64,000 bases of DNA, from assembly GCF_036321535.1 (NCBI RefSeq), contig NC_087437.1, forward strand, positions 50,408,001 through 50,472,000. The letters are read 5' to 3'. Source of the DNA: Camelus dromedarius (lineage: Eukaryota). The notes under the pieces are model-generated. The model worked only from the letters and a program-made list of their open reading frames with translations. It had not been told where the DNA came from and did not search any database. Below are positions 37,861 to 52,446 of this stretch, in pieces (position 1 is the stretch's first letter; each line of letters starts with the position of its first letter). The position numbers were made by a program, and so were the translations under genes.

Positions 37861-40128
37861 AATGCTAAATTTTATGGGTAATGACTGCAATACATATAAA
37901 TGCTAAAAACAATGGGGTATGCATTACTGCCATTAACTCACTGCACTTCAGTAATTGATTTCCATCCTGAATTTATCATGTAGATCTAGTGTTTTTATTT
38001 GTTTTGATAAAAAGTAATGTTTTAAAATTTGAAAATGATTATTGGTTTAAGAACTATTACCCAGCTCTAAGCATGTAATAATTGTGTACATATACATTCA
38101 AAATTGTATGAAAATGGCTCAGTAAGGTTTTGCCAACACTTTTCCTTCAGAATATGATTCCTTTTTGTAAATTTATTGCACAACCCGCTACCCCTTTCCC
38201 ATTTCATGAATATAAGACTTCTGGAACTGGGCTGGTAGGGAAAGAATGGTAGAATTAAGACCTTACCTTTGTCTACTGGTAAACTATTTTCTTGCTAATA
38301 TAACATTTATATGTTTCAATAATGCAAGGATGTTAGGTTATGAATGTCATCCTAAATACTAATTTTCATTAATAGCTCTTCTTTAAGTTGGACATTCCAA
38401 AATTGGGTTTAGGAAGTTACTGTTATTCTGGAAATACATTAACAGAATAATAAAATATACCATGTGTACCCTCACCAATTCATGTTCCAGAAGAGGAAGT
38501 ATTCCAGAAAATACTCAGTAGAGTAGTTAGTGGAAAATAATACAGAATTTGCTTTTTCTTAGAATGTCTTATAAAATGTTCATGTAACAAAGTGACATTA
38601 AGTACCTTGCATTACATCTGCCTTGTGTTTATTTGCCATCAGCTAAACTGCTAACACTAGGAGAGGACTGCAAGCAGTCTCTGACCAACTGCAGCAAGGC
38701 AGAGGGGTCAGCTAGCTTATATGGTGCTTAAGATGTGATTGATGCAATTTTCTGCATTTACTATTTGAATTTATTTAAGAACTTTGTCTCTGAAAGAAAG
38801 ATAATAGCATCCCCTGATATGCTCATCCTACTCTGTTCAAAACCTGCTCCATTTAGAAGATTATCTTGTAATTTCAAGAAAGAGGTTTTCTATTTATTTA
38901 AGAAAGTGACAGTGTTATCCTCAAGTTTCCAATCATTTTCTAGTGTTAATATTCTTATTGTAAAGCTATTACTACCTAATGAGTAATCAGAAATTTTCCC
39001 CTTTGCGTATTTCTTTAAAATTCTTTGGAAAGTATGATGTTGATAATGAACTTACTGTTATCTGCCAAAACCAGGGTACGATGCTACATGTGTTATTGCT
39101 AGTTAATTAGTGATCTCAAATCTATTTGCCTCACTTGCTTGCTTTTGCCTAGCCGGAAGGCTGTAGCCTTGGAGATAGTAAGTAGCAAGCACCAAGTCAG
39201 TTTTCAGAATCGTCCATCAGCCACTTTAGGTGACTCCGCACCCTGCCTCAGCTTTAGCAAGCATTAGTAAACTCACCCTAGGAGGAGTAGGGTGTAGGCC
39301 AGAAGAACTGTAGCTCCCCAGGCTTGCTGTGGAGTTGACAAGAAAAAAGGGGAGAATTTAGTTTGAATTTCTCTTAACTAGCCTCTCCTCTTTGGGTCAT
39401 CTTCTCCCTGATAGCCAAAGGCTTCAAAGACCTGATTCAAACTCTGGCACTATCCTGAGTAGGAAGGAGATTAAACAGAGGCAAATCACCCAGTTAGGGA
39501 ATACCTTTACTCAGACCAGGGTTATTTTTACTGCATAAGATTGTGAAATTGGACTTACAAGCTTGAGACTCCTATCTGATAGGCAGGAGTCAAGGCCACT
39601 AAAAAATTTACAATTAATACCGACAGTTTTTAAAAATACACTTCTCTGGAAAGTTATTGAGGGCTGAGGGAAAAAAAATTCATCCATGTTTGTGTTTTTC
39701 CTGTAAAGATCAATTTGGGATACGCTTATAAGCAGGTATTAATAAAACTTAAACACCAAAGAGTTATGTAAAACATGTTCTGTTAATTTTGGTCCCCCCT
39801 TTAGAGATATTTTTCTATCCTGAAATGAGTAACCTGTTTTCACAAAAATAGAGCATTATTAAAATGCTATTTATGTGAGATAACCTGAATGATATTCCTG
39901 CAAAAAATACATCATAACTAATGATATGTTTGTAATAATGGTGATTGTTAGATTTTTATGAGAAATTAGTAGCTGGAAATACTGTAGCAACACTCAGTTT
40001 AAAATTTTGGACCTCAGATACTGTGGCTGTCTAATATAATCTTTAAAAATTATCTGCATTGTCAGTAAATGTGTACCTATTGTACAGCTCTCAGTAATTT
40101 TTTAAAGTTTATGAAATTATATTTATCC

Positions 40129-40134
40129 AATAAA
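40129..40134 (+). terminator. Probable distal polyadenylation signal
   Basis: AATAAA with TGTA at 40072 and 40081 upstream and T-rich sequence downstream. Proximal AATAAA hexamers also occur at 36783, 37554, 37705, 38449 and 39741. Confidence 0.7.
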
Positions 40135-40999
40135 AATTTCTTTTATAAGTTGAGTCTTTTTCCATTATTTAAATGCATTTTAAGCCTCCCCCTGCTCATC
40201 ACGAATCAATTTTTTTAATTTTACTACATTTACCCTCTGTTGTAGTACAGAAATGCCATTATGCCTTTCACTGCATGTTTTCAAAAATCTAGAAATTCTT
40301 TCTTTACTCAACTTTTGTAAATTATCAGTACAGCTCCTGAAAAGGGGTGTGATTGAAATGCACCAACCATAAAGGCCAACACACTTCAGCTAGAAATTGC
40401 ATCATTGGTGAAAAACCAGCCATGTGAATTTGGAAATGCCTCAGTTCAATAGAAAACATCTGCTTTCTTTAAAATACGTATTTATGTTTTAAATGTATTC
40501 AGTCATTGTTCCTAATGCTTCAGGTGCCATTAAAATATGTAATCATTTCATCTGTGTAAAAGGTAAGCTGTTGTCTTTGCCAAAGTGTTAGTATTTGCAA
40601 AGGATGACAATGTATAATATATGTGTTTTTATTTCTGAAATGAAATAACATAATCCTGGACATGTCAGTTTATCTAAGCTTCTATTTTTATTTTAAAAGG
40701 AGTTGAGGGCTTGGACTATCTTTAGGGTCACTTCAGTCTTTAACATTTATTGTACAGCATAATGAATTGGGTTCTTAATAAGATATTTAGGACAAAGTAA
40801 AATTTTGTGAGCATTTCATCAGGAAATTTAGTGAATTCAAAAACAGGTCAAGTTTTATTTTGAAGAGCTAACTGACTCAAAGAACAAAGCTATTGTAAGT
40901 GGAGATAAGGTCATATGTCTGTGTGAACAGCCCCTTTTGGAAGTGGCACAGAGCCTTCTGATAAGTCAGAGTTGTAATACTAGTTTTTAAGGTAAGTTT

Positions 41000-43900
41000 G
41001 TTTGTATTCAAGTAAAATGTGTAGATAGTGAAGTGCATCAATTTTAGGACTACATTCTGCCACTTTTAACAAATGTATACATCTGTGTAATCCTAACTCC
41101 AAACCAGATAGAAAACCTTTTCATCATCCCAGGAAGTTCCTTTGTGCCTCTTTCCAGGAAATATATTTCTCTCTCCTCCTGACCTTGGCAACCATTTTTG
41201 CTGTTTTCTATTGTCATAGATTAGTTTTACCTGTTCCTGAAATTCATATAAATGAAATTTTACATGTTTACTTTTGCATCTGACTTGGTTCACAGCATCT
41301 ATGCGATTCCTCCGTGTTGTTGCATATATCAATAGTTTGGGATTTTTTTTGCTACTCAGTAGTGTTCCTTTTCAGGAACATCCCACAGTTATCCTTTCTT
41401 TGATTTATGGACACATTTGCACAATTTACAATTTGAGGTGATTATAAGTATAGTTATTATGAACATTATTGGCATGTTTTCATTTCTCTTACTAAATAAC
41501 TAGTGAAATTGCTGAGTCATCAAATAGGTTTACATTTAATTTTATGAGAAACTGCCAAAAAGTTTTCCAAAGTGACTGTATATGCCATTTTATGTGTATT
41601 TATGTGTTTGGAATAATGAGAGTTCCAGTTGTTCTATTTTATCTCATGATTTTAATTTGCATGACTAATGATGTTTAACTCCTTTTCATATGCTTACTGG
41701 CAATTTATCTTTTTTTTTTCCTGAAATGTCTGTTCGGGTGTCTGGCCATTTTTTTCATTAGGCTACTTGTCTCATTACAGAATGGTTGGAATCCTCTTCA
41801 TAAGGATGTAAGTTCTTTGTTGGATATATATACTGCTAGGATTTTCCCCCAGTCTGGCCTGCCTGTATATTTTTTTAATGGTGACTTTGGGGAGCAGAAG
41901 TGTTTCGTTTTGATGAAGTCTGGGGTTTTTTTGTTTCCTTTCCAGTTGTATGCTTTTTGTGTCATTTGAATATTTTGTCAGCCCCAAGTTCGTGAAGATA
42001 TTTCCCATGTTTTCTTCTGAAAGCACTCTAGTCTTACACTTTGTTGAAGTATAGTCAGTTTACAATGTTGTGTCAATTTCTGATGTACAGCATAATGCTT
42101 CCGTCATACATGAACATACATATATTCATTTTAATTTTTTTCACCATAAGTTACAAGATACTGAATATTGTTCCCTGTGCTGTACAGTATGAACTTGTTG
42201 TTTATCTATTTTATATATATGAGTTAGTATCTGCAAATCTCGAACTCCCAGTTTATCCTTTCCCACCCCCTTCTCCCCTAGTAACCATGTTTGTTTTCTA
42301 TGTCTGTGAGTCTCTTTCTGTTTTGTATATATTGATTTGTCTTTTTTTTTTAGATTCCACATGTAAGTGATAATGATATTTTTTTCTTCTCTTTCTGGCT
42401 TACTTTATTTAGAATGACAATCTCCAAATCCATCCATGTTGCTGCAAATGACATTATTTTATTCTTTTTATGGCTGAGTAATATTCTATTGTATTAATAT
42501 ATCACAATTTCTTTATCCAGTCATCTGTCTATGGACATTTAGGTTGTTTCCATGTCTTGGCTATTGTAACCAGTGCTGCTGTGAACATTGGGGTGCATGT
42601 ATCTTTTTGAATTAAGGTTCCCTCTGGATATATGCCCAGGAGTGGGATTACTGGATCATATGGTAAGTCTGTTTTAGTTTTTGATGAATCTCCATACTGT
42701 TTTCCATAACAACTGCAGCAAACTACATTCCCATCAACAATGTAGGAGGGTTCCCTTTTCTCCACACCCTCTCCAGCATTTATCGTTTGTGAACTTTTGA
42801 ATGATGACCATTCTGACTGATGTGAGGTGATATAACTCAGTATAGTTTTGATTTGCATTTCTCTAATAATTAGTGATACTGAGCATTTTTTCATGTGCCT
42901 GTTGCCCATTTGTATGTCTTCATTGGAGAATTGCTTGTTTAGTTAGGTCTTCTGCTCATTTTTAGATTGGATTGTTTGGTTTTGTGTTATTAAGCTGTAT
43001 GAGCTATTTATATATTCTGGAAATTAAACCTTTGTCAGTCACATCATTAGCAAATATTTTCTCCCATTCTGTAGGTTGTCATTTTGTTTTGCTTGTGGTT
43101 TCCTTTGCTGTGCAAAACCTTATAAGTTTAATTAAGTCCCATTTATTTATTTTTGTTTTTACTTCTATTGCCTGGGTAGACTGCCCTAGGAGAACATTGT
43201 GAAAGCTCTCCAGTCTTAGCTCTTAAGTTCATGATCCATCTCAAATTCATTTCTGTGTATGGTATGAGGCAAGGATTGAGGATCTTCCTTCCTCCTAACT
43301 CCGATAAGAGTATCTGTTTGGCTTAGCTTCATTTGTTGAAAATGTCCTCTATCTCCATTTAATTCATTTGGTGTCCCTTTAAAATTAACCAGCTATATAA
43401 ATGTGGTCTATTTCTGGACTCTGTTCACTTATCATTATACCTGTAGCACACTGTCTTGATTACTATAGCTTTATGTCTAGCTTTGAGATCAGGTATCTAA
43501 GTCCTACAATTCTGATGTCGATTGTTTTAGCTATCCTAGGACTTTGTATTTCCATATAAATTTTGGAATAAATTGATTAATTTATTTTTTTTTTTAATCC
43601 TGATCTGATTTTGATTTGGATTGCTCTGAATTGAGCAATCTGGAAATCACTGACATTTAACTATTAGACTCTTCTAGTCTGTGGACATAGTATATCTGTC
43701 CATTTATTTTAGGTCTTTATTTTCTCAGGAATGTTTTGTACAGTGTAGACATCTGGCAGACCGTTAACTCCTAAAATTTTTAAGGTTTTTGGTGCTGTGG
43801 TAACTAGAATTGTCTTTTATTTTCCAATTATTAGCATCATATATAACTGCAATTTTTGTGCTTTTGACTTTGTAACTTAACCTTGCTAAATTCATTTTAC

Positions 43901-46045
43901 TGGTCTAGTAAAATTTTTTTTTTTTTTTTTTTACTTTTCTGTGGAACCTTTTTGATTATGATGCACACAGTTACATCATCTGAGAATTGTTTCAATTTTT
44001 TCAATATCTGTGCGTTTAATCTCTAGTTACAATTTTATTGCACTGTCTAGAACTTCCTGTACAATGTTAAACAGACATGGTGAGAAACATATGTGTTGAA
44101 TTTTGAAAATGCTTTTTCTCCATTACTCAAGATGACCATATAGTTTTTTATGTTTTAGTTTGCTAACATGGTGACATACTATGGTTGATTTTCAGATGTT
44201 AAACCAACTTCGTATCCTTGAAATAAATTTCACTTGGTTATGATGTGTTACCTTTTATATATTGCTGTTTGATATACTAATATTGTGTTAGGGGCTTTTG
44301 TATCTGTGCTTATGAAGTATATAGATCAGTAATTTCATTTTCGTATAACATCTTTGTCAGATTTGGTATTAGGGTTATGCTGGCCTCATAAAACAATTTG
44401 GGAAGTGGTCCTTTCCCTCTTTTTTGGAAGAGTTTATGAGATAGCTGATATTATTTCTTTTAATATTTTTGAAGAATTCACCATTGAAGTTACCTGGGCC
44501 TAGAGTTGGAGGGGTTTTTTTGTTTGCTTTTTGGGGTTTTTTGTGTGTTGAAGGGTGAATATTGTGTATATCACAAATTCACTCTCTGAAACAGATACAG
44601 GATTATTCACATTTTCTATTTCTTCTTTTGTCATATTTGGTAAGTTTTATCTTCTAAGGAATTTGTCCATTTCAGGTAATTGCCACTATTTTTGACATAA
44701 AATTGTTCAGAATATTCTTTGAATTATCCTTATACTGACTGTGGGATCTGTAGTAATGTTTCTGCTTTCCTTTTTTATATTAGTAGCTTTTTTCTTGACT
44801 TTTTAATCTGACCAGTCTTGCTATAGGTTTAATCAAGTTTATTAATTTTTTTCCAAGAACCAACTTCTGGCAGTGTTAATTTTATCCATTTGTTTTTATT
44901 ACCCTATGTCTCATCTTTATTATTCCTTCTTTCTATTTTGGTTTTAATTTGCTCTTTTATGGCTTTTTTGAAGTTTCGATAATTGATTCTAAACACTTCT
45001 TTTTAATAAAGACAGTAAAACTGTACAATTTCCCTCTAGGCATTGCTTCAGATGCATTCCACAGATTGTATCTTTACACTGTTACTCATATCAGAATGTT
45101 TTCTTTTTTCCTTTATGATTCTTCTTTGATCCCTGAATTATTTAGAGGTGTTTTGATTTCTAAATATTTGGAGGATATAATTTTTTCCCCCTTCCATTCC
45201 CTTCACTTCTTTTTCCTTAGGGTTTCCAATACTGTGTTAAACATTTTTGGTAATAAGGATATCCTAATTTCGTTTCTTAAAAGGAATTCATCTAACATTT
45301 ACCCATTTAGTGTAATATATGCTGTAGGGTTTGAGTATACATCATAGCTTTTCCCTTACTGAGAATATTCCCTTCTATTCCTGGTTTACTAACAGTTAAT
45401 TATAGACAGGTGTTGAACTTTGCAAAGTGATTTTTCTGGTTCAATTAAAATTATCATAAAATGTTTTTCATTATTTTATTAACATGGAGAAATATATTGA
45501 TGGATTTTTCTGATATTGAACAATCCTCGCATTATTGGCACAAATCTTGCTTGTTCATGATATATTATTTTTAGTGCTGTGTTGGATTCACTTAACTATT
45601 GGTTTATTTAGGATTTTGCATCTATGTACATAAATGGGCTTATAATTTCTCTTTTTATTGTTTTTTCCCCTTGTTTTTGAGTCAGTATTATAGTAATTTC
45701 AATGAATGAGCTGGGAAAGCCTCCCAGTCCCCCTGCTCCCGCAGCCTACTCCCCCCCCCCCACCAGTTTTCTGGTTTCTGGAACAACTTGCATAAAATAG
45801 AATTAAACTATTTTGAAAGTTTGGTAGAATAAAAACATTTGGACCCGAGGTTTTTTTTGAGAGGAGCTGTCTTTTTTTTTTTTTAATATTTCTAATATAT
45901 ATTTTATAGTTCATTAGTTTACTCAAGTTATGCCTATACATTTTATATGTTACTAGTAGCTTGTCCATATTTCAGTTTAGTTCATAAGACTCATCTGTAT
46001 ATGTAAATAATTTCTCCTTTCTAGATTATTTTTCCACACACTTTT
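41000..46045 (-). mobile_element. Old LINE-1 (L1M-type) 3'UTR/ORF2, fragmented, interrupted at 42037-43200
   Basis: Continuous reverse L1 phrases; probably more than one old copy; boundaries approximate. Confidence 0.75.
42037..43200 (-). mobile_element. Young 5'-truncated LINE-1 nested in older L1
   Basis: ORF 42529-42909(-) is the ORF2p C-terminus (REMQIKT...[24 protein letters not shown]); TSD GAAAGCACTCTAGTCTTA (42019-42036) vs GAAAGCTCTCCAGTCTTA (43201-43218). Confidence 0.92.
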
Positions 46046-49000
46046 CTTAAGATATAATTGTCAGATACCATTAGTTTCATATTTATAACATAATTTGATA
46101 TATTTGTATGTATTGTGAAATGGTTAATAAGCCTAGTTAACATCCATCACCAAACATAGTTAGAAATTTTTTGCTTGTTATGAGAACTTTTAATATCTGT
46201 TCTCTGAGGAGCTTTCAAAGTTGCAAAACAGTATTAACTATAGTCACCATACTGTACATTACATCCCCACAACTGATTTATTCTGTAAATAGAAGTTTGT
46301 ACCTTTTAACCCCCTTCATTTATTTCACCCACCCCTAAGCTCCTGCCTCTAGCAACTGCCAAGCTGTTCTCTAATTCATGCGCTTAGTTTTTTTGTTTTT
46401 GTTTTAGATTCCACATATAAATTGGCTCATGTGGTTATTTATCTTTCTATGTCACTTATTTCACTCAGCATAATACCCTCAAGGTCCATCCATGTTGTCC
46501 CAAATAGCAGAGTTTTCCTTATTTTTTATGGCTGAATATTCCTTTATGTATGTATGTATGTATGTACATTTTCTTTACCATCTATCCATCATTGGAAACT
46601 TAGGTTGTTTCCATATGTTAGATACTGTAAGTGAACATAGGTGCTTCAGTGAACATGGCTTTGCACATATCTTTTCAAGTTAATTTTTTTTATTTTCTTT
46701 GGATAAATACTCAGAAGTAGAATTGCTGGATCATAGGTTGAACTTCTGTATTGCTTTCCACAGCTACACCAATTTACTTTCCTGCCAACAATGTACAAGT
46801 GTTCCTTTTTCTCCACATCGTCAACCAATACTTACTGCCTTTTTGATAATAGCCATTCTCATTAACAGGTGTGAGGTAACATTGTGGTTTTGACTAGCAT
46901 TTCCCCAATGATTAGTGATGTTGAGCACCTTTTCATGTACCTGTTGTCTGTCTGTATGTCTTCTTTGGGAAAATGTCTGTTCAGAACCTCTACTCATTTT
47001 TTAATTGTATAGTTTATTTTCTTGCTTCGACTTTTTGTTGGATATATGATTTGCAAATATTTTCTCCCATTCTGTAGATTGCCGTTTCGTTTTGTTGATG
47101 GCTTCCTTTGGTCACAGAAGCTTTTTAGTTTGGTGTAGTCCCACTTTTTTGCTTTTGGTGTCAGTTCCAAAAAATCAATACCAAGACTGATGTTAAGGAG
47201 TTTACCACATAATTTTTTTCCTAGGACTTTGGTGGTTTCAGGACTTAAATGTAAATCTTTAATCCATTTTGAGTTAATTTTTATGTATGATTCTAAGATA
47301 GTGGTCTGTTTCTCCCAACACCAACTATTAAGAGACTGTCCTTTCCCTATTGTAGGTTTTTGGCTCTTTATTGTAAGTTAATTGACCATATATGTGTGGG
47401 TTTATTTCTAGGTCCTTTATTCTGTTCCATTGATCTGTGTGTATTTTTACACCAATATCATACTATTCTATTAGAGCTTTGCAATGTTGTTGGAAGTGAG
47501 GAAGCCTGAAGCCTACAGCTTTGTTCTTTCTTCTAAGGATGGCTTTGGCTATTCAGAATCTTTTGTGGTTCCATACAAATTAAAGGATTGTTTGTTCTTT
47601 TTCTGTGAAAAATGCTATTGGAATTTTGAAGAGAATTGCATTGAATCTATAATTTGCTTTGGGTAGTATGGACGTTTTAATAATATTAATTCTCCTAATC
47701 CATGAGCATAGATTGTCTTTCCATTTATTTGTGTCTTCTTCAGTATCTTTTTTTGGGGGGAAGGGGGTTGGATTATTGTTGGATAACTTTAATTCCAGAG
47801 AGCTTCACACTGCAATGAGTTCAAATCTGCCTCCATGAGAGTACTATTTATTGATCTTAAGGTCTTTCTTCTAGAATGACAAAATAATTTTTTAAAATTT
47901 CACATGGTAATTTTTTTATTGAAGTATAGTTGGTTTATATGTTAGTTTCTGGTATACAGCAGAGAGATTCAGATATAGATATAGATAAAGATGTTCTTTT
48001 TCAGAATCTTTTCCATTATAGTTTATTATAAGATACTGAATGTAGTTCCCTGTGCAATACAGTAGGTCCTTGTTTATCTGTTAATGCTAAACTCCTAATT
48101 TATCCCTTCCCCTTTGGTAATCATGTTTGTTTTCTATGTGAGTCTGTTTCTATTTTGTAAGTAAGTTTTTTTGTATCACTTTTTTTAGATTCCACATACA
48201 AGTGATATCATATGGTATTTGTCTTTCTCCATCTGACTTACTTCACTTCATCTCTAGGTCCATCCATGTTGCTGCAAGTGGCATTTCATTCCCTTTTATG
48301 GCTTAGTAATATTTCAGTGTGTGTGTGTGTGTGTGTGTGTACGTACACACACATCTTCTTGATCCACTCATCTGTCAGTGCACATTTAAGTTGTTTCCAT
48401 ATCTTGGCTATTGTACATAGTGCTGCTGTAAACATTGGGGTGCATGTATCATTTCAAATTACAATTTCCTCTGGATATATGGCCAAGAGTGTGATTTTTG
48501 AATCATATGGTAACTCTATTGTTAGTTTTTTAAAGAACCTTCATACTGTTCTCCATAGTGGCTGCCCAAATTTATATGCCCACCAACAGTATAGAGGAGA
48601 GTTCCCTTTTCTTCATACCCTCTCCAGCATTTATTATTTGTAGACTTTCTGATGATGGTTTCTTCCGTTTCTTTCTTCAATGTCTTACAGTTTTTAGTAT
48701 ACAGGTCTTTCACTGCCTTGGTTAAATTTATTCCTAGGTATTTTATTCTTTCTGGTTCCATTGTAAATGGGATTGTTTTCTTAGTTTCCCTTTCTGATAG
48801 TTTGTTGTTAGTATATAGAAACACCACAGATTTCTGTATATCGATTTTGTATCCTGCAACTTTACTGAACTTGCTCATTAGTTTTAATACTTTTTGGTGG
48901 GGTCTTCAGGGTTTTCTATATATAATACCATACCGTCTACAATTATACTTCTTTCCAGTTTGGATGCCTGTTATTTCTTTTCCTTGCCTAATTGTTCTGC

Positions 49001-51310
49001 TTAGGACTTCCACTACTATGTTGAATGAAAGTGGTGAGAGTGGACATTTTTGTCTTGTCCTGCTCTTGGAGGAAAAATTTTTAGTTTTTCAGCATTGAGC
49101 ATGTTAGCTGTGGGCTTGTCATAGACAGCCTTTATTATGTTGAGATGAATCCTTCTACCTAGTTTGTTGAGAATTTTCATCAAAAATGGATGTTGGATTT
49201 TGTCAAAAGCTTTTTCTGCATCTGAGATTATCGTATGATTTTTATCTTTCATTTTGTTAATGTGTTAATTACATTTATTAATTTACAGATGTTAAACCAT
49301 CCTTGGATCCCTAGAATAAATCCTACTTGATCATGGTGTATGATCCTTTTAATGTATTCTTGAATTCAGTTTGTGAATATTTTGTTGAAGATTTTTGCCT
49401 CTGTGTTCATCAGAGATATTGTCTGTGATTTTTCTTTTCCTTGTGGTGTCCTTGACTGGTTTTGGTAACAGGGTAGTGCTGACCTCATATAGAGTTTAGA
49501 AGCATTCCCTTTTCTGTTTTTTGAAAGAGGTTGAAAAGGATTGGTGTTCTTTAAATTTTGGTAGAATTCACCAGGAAAGCTGTCTGGTCCTGGGCTTTTT
49601 GTTTGTTGGAAGGTTTTTGATTGGTGATTCAATCTCCTTACTTTGTAGTTGATGTATTCAGATTTTCTGTGTCTTCCTGATTCAGTCTTGGTAGGTGGTA
49701 TGTTTCTAGGAATCTGTCCATTCTTCTAGGTTATCCAATTTGCTGGCATATAACTGTTCATAATAGTCTCATGATTCTTTGTATTTTGTATCATTTGTAA
49801 CATCTCTTTCATTTTTGATTTTGAGTCCTTTTTCTTGGTAGTCTAGCTAAAGTTTTGTCAGTATTGTTTACTTTTCAAAGATCCTGCTCTTAGTTTTATT
49901 TATCCCTTCTGTTGTCTTTTTAGTCTATTTATTTCCACTCTGATCTTTGCTATATTTCCTTCCTTCTACTAATTTGGGCTTTCTTTATTCTTTTTCTAGT
50001 TCCTGTAGATGTAAGGTTATTTGAGATTTTTCTTGTCTCTTGAAATAGGCACTTATCACAGTGAACTTCCCTCTTAGAAATGGTTTTGCTGTATCTCATA
50101 AGCTTTACTATGTTGTATGTCCAATTTAATTTGTCTCAAGGTATTTTGTATTTTGCTTGATTTCTTCTTTGGCCCTTTGGCTGTTCAGTAGTATGTTGTT
50201 TAATCTCCACTTATTTGTGAATTGCCGGGGTTTTTTTCTTGTAATTGATTTGTAGTTTAATACTATATGATTAGAAAAGATGCTTGATATGACTTGTATT
50301 CTTAAATTTATTCAGACTTGTTTTGTGGTCTAAAATCTGTCCTGCAGAATGTTCCATGTGTACATGAGAAGAATGTGTATTCTGTTGCTTTTGTATCAAA
50401 TGTTCTGCATTTATCTGTTAAGTCTATCTGGTCTAACATGTCCTTTAAGGCCAATGTTTTCATATTGGTTTTTTGTCTGGATGACTATCTATTGATGAAA
50501 GTAATGTATTAAAGTCCCCTACTATTACTGTATTGCTATCTCTTTCTCCCTATGGGTCTGTTAATATTTGCTTTATATATTTAAATGCTCTTTTGTTGGG
50601 TTCATAAATGTTTATAAGTATTATATCCTTCTGTTCAGTTGATGCCTTTATCATTATATAATGCCCTTGTCATTTGTTACAGTCTTTGTTTTAAAGTCTA
50701 TTTTTATCTAATATAAATGTAGCTACCCCAGCTTTCATTTGGTTTTCATTTACATGAAATGTCTTTTCAGTTCCTTCACTTTCAGTCCGTGTGTATCCTT
50801 ACATCTGAAGTTATTGGTAGGCAGCATATAAATGGGTGGGTGGGTTGATTGGTTGAGTTTTTTTTTTTTTAATCTATTTCATTTACTCTATATCTTTGGG
50901 GAATTTAGTCTGTTTAGATTTAAAGTAGTTATAAATTTATAGGTATATATTCATGGCCATTTCTGTATTGTTTTCTGGCTGTTTTATACTTCCTCTGTTC
51001 CTTTCTCCTCCCGTTCTCTTCCTCTGTGATTTGATGGATTCCTTATTTGGTGTGCTTAGATTCTTTATCTCTTGTGTGTAGATTATAAATTTTTGCCTTG
51101 TGATTACCATGGGGTTTACATATGACAACTTAAGTCTTTGAGATTGATAACTTAAGTTTGAACACATTCTTAAAGTTCTACATTTTCACCTTCCCCCATC
51201 CACATTGCATGTTTTTAATGTCACATTTTACATCCTTTTAGCTTGTGTATCACGTAACTTTTATATCTTTACTACTTTTATCTTTTAACCTACATACTAG
51301 CTTTAAAAGT
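46046..51310 (-). mobile_element. LINE-1 (L1MA9-like 3' end) spanning most of ORF2, interrupted at 47751-48659
   Basis: ORF2p fragments in the track ([38 protein letters not shown]); many stops and frameshifts. Confidence 0.88.
47751..48659 (-). mobile_element. Nested 5'-truncated LINE-1 with extra 3' non-L1 segment
   Basis: L1 body 47910-48659; TSD TTCTTCAGTATCTTT (47736-47750) vs TTCTTCCGTTTCTTT (48660-48674); contains (GT)n at about 48317-48340. Confidence 0.85.
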
Positions 51311-52248
51311 GATTAAGCTTTATGCAACCTAAGTAATTAAGCTTTCTAAGTATTTTAGTGATTAATTACTAATTTATAAGTTGTTTAATTTCCAAGTACT
51401 TGGGGGATATACTATTTTTAACTGATTTGTAATTCTGTTATACTCAGAATATACTCTGTATGATTTCAAACTTAGGGATATATTAAAACCCAACAATTTA
51501 TATAACTTTATGAATCTTCCAAGTGCATGTTGAGGCTTTGTTTCTAGTGCTGCCCTAACAGCAAGTAAGAAGTTGAACAGATTGAAAAATTGACAACTCT
51601 TCTTGGATCCATGAGAGAAGTGAGGCCAGAGGGCAAGCTGTAGCCTCTAATATTGGAGAGATGGGTAAATACAGGGAGTCACAGCTTACCAGAGCACTAC
51701 CCAAAACGGGAGCCAGTGGTAAGTGAACTGTGGTTGGTGAATCATTGTAGGTTCATTGTGGAAAAGTTTGAGGATTAAAATCTAAAAAGCTAGTCATAAT
51801 GAGGCCCCCCCCCTAAACAATTGTGATTTACGTTTAGGAGCTTGATCAGAGTCCCACAGTAAATAGTGAAACCTCATTATGCTTCTGGGTTGAGGGAAGA
51901 GTAGTAACCATTTTGAAATATGCCTGAGCACTCTGTTCTTAATAAGATCTGCCCTCAAGGGAAACTCGTTAACCATAGCCTCACCTGCTGGGAGATTATT
52001 AGGACCTCTCGAGGATGGGGGAGGGAAATAAATGTCCAACTCCAGACCAGCCATCCTGTCCCACCTAAGGGAGGGGATTTAGAAACAGTTATAAAGTTGA
52101 AACATAGGCTCACTAAAAGACTGAGACCTAATCATAGAATTATAGAATACTTCCTCTCCCCTGACAACTTAGCACCACATTAGTAAGGCCTATTTACATC
52201 AGTTACTTTTACCCAGTACATCATATCCAGCTATCAGTAAAAAAAATT

Positions 52249-52446
52249 AGCAGATACATATTACTATATATAAAATAAACAAGGCCCTGCTGTATAGTAC
52301 AGGGAACTGTATTCAATTTTTTGTAATGAGCTGCAATGGAGAAATCTGAAAATATGTATGTGTGTGTGTATATGTAAAACTGAATTGCTTTGCTATACAT
52401 CTGAAACTAACATTGTAAATCAACTACACTTCAATAAAAAATAATT
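52249..52446 (+). mobile_element. Short young LINE-1 3' end
   Basis: gcagatac..attactatatataaaata...tacacttcaataaaaa; flanked by TAAAAAAATT-like repeats. Confidence 0.75.

Larger units (their letters stand above)
36566..40150 (+). other. ATP11B: ATP11B 3'UTR (~3.6 kb), no obvious interspersed repeats
   Basis: Follows the stop codon; AU-rich; ends after AATAAA with upstream TGTA elements and a downstream U-rich tract. The 3' end is inferred. Confidence 0.7.

Noticed and set aside
37047..39986. miRNA seed matches (AATGTGAA 37047, GTACTGTA 37205, TGTTTAC 37363, ATACTGTA 39979) and a Pumilio-like TGTACATA (38085)
   Set aside because: Several such hits are expected by chance in a 3.6 kb AU-rich UTR; not supportable without conservation data.
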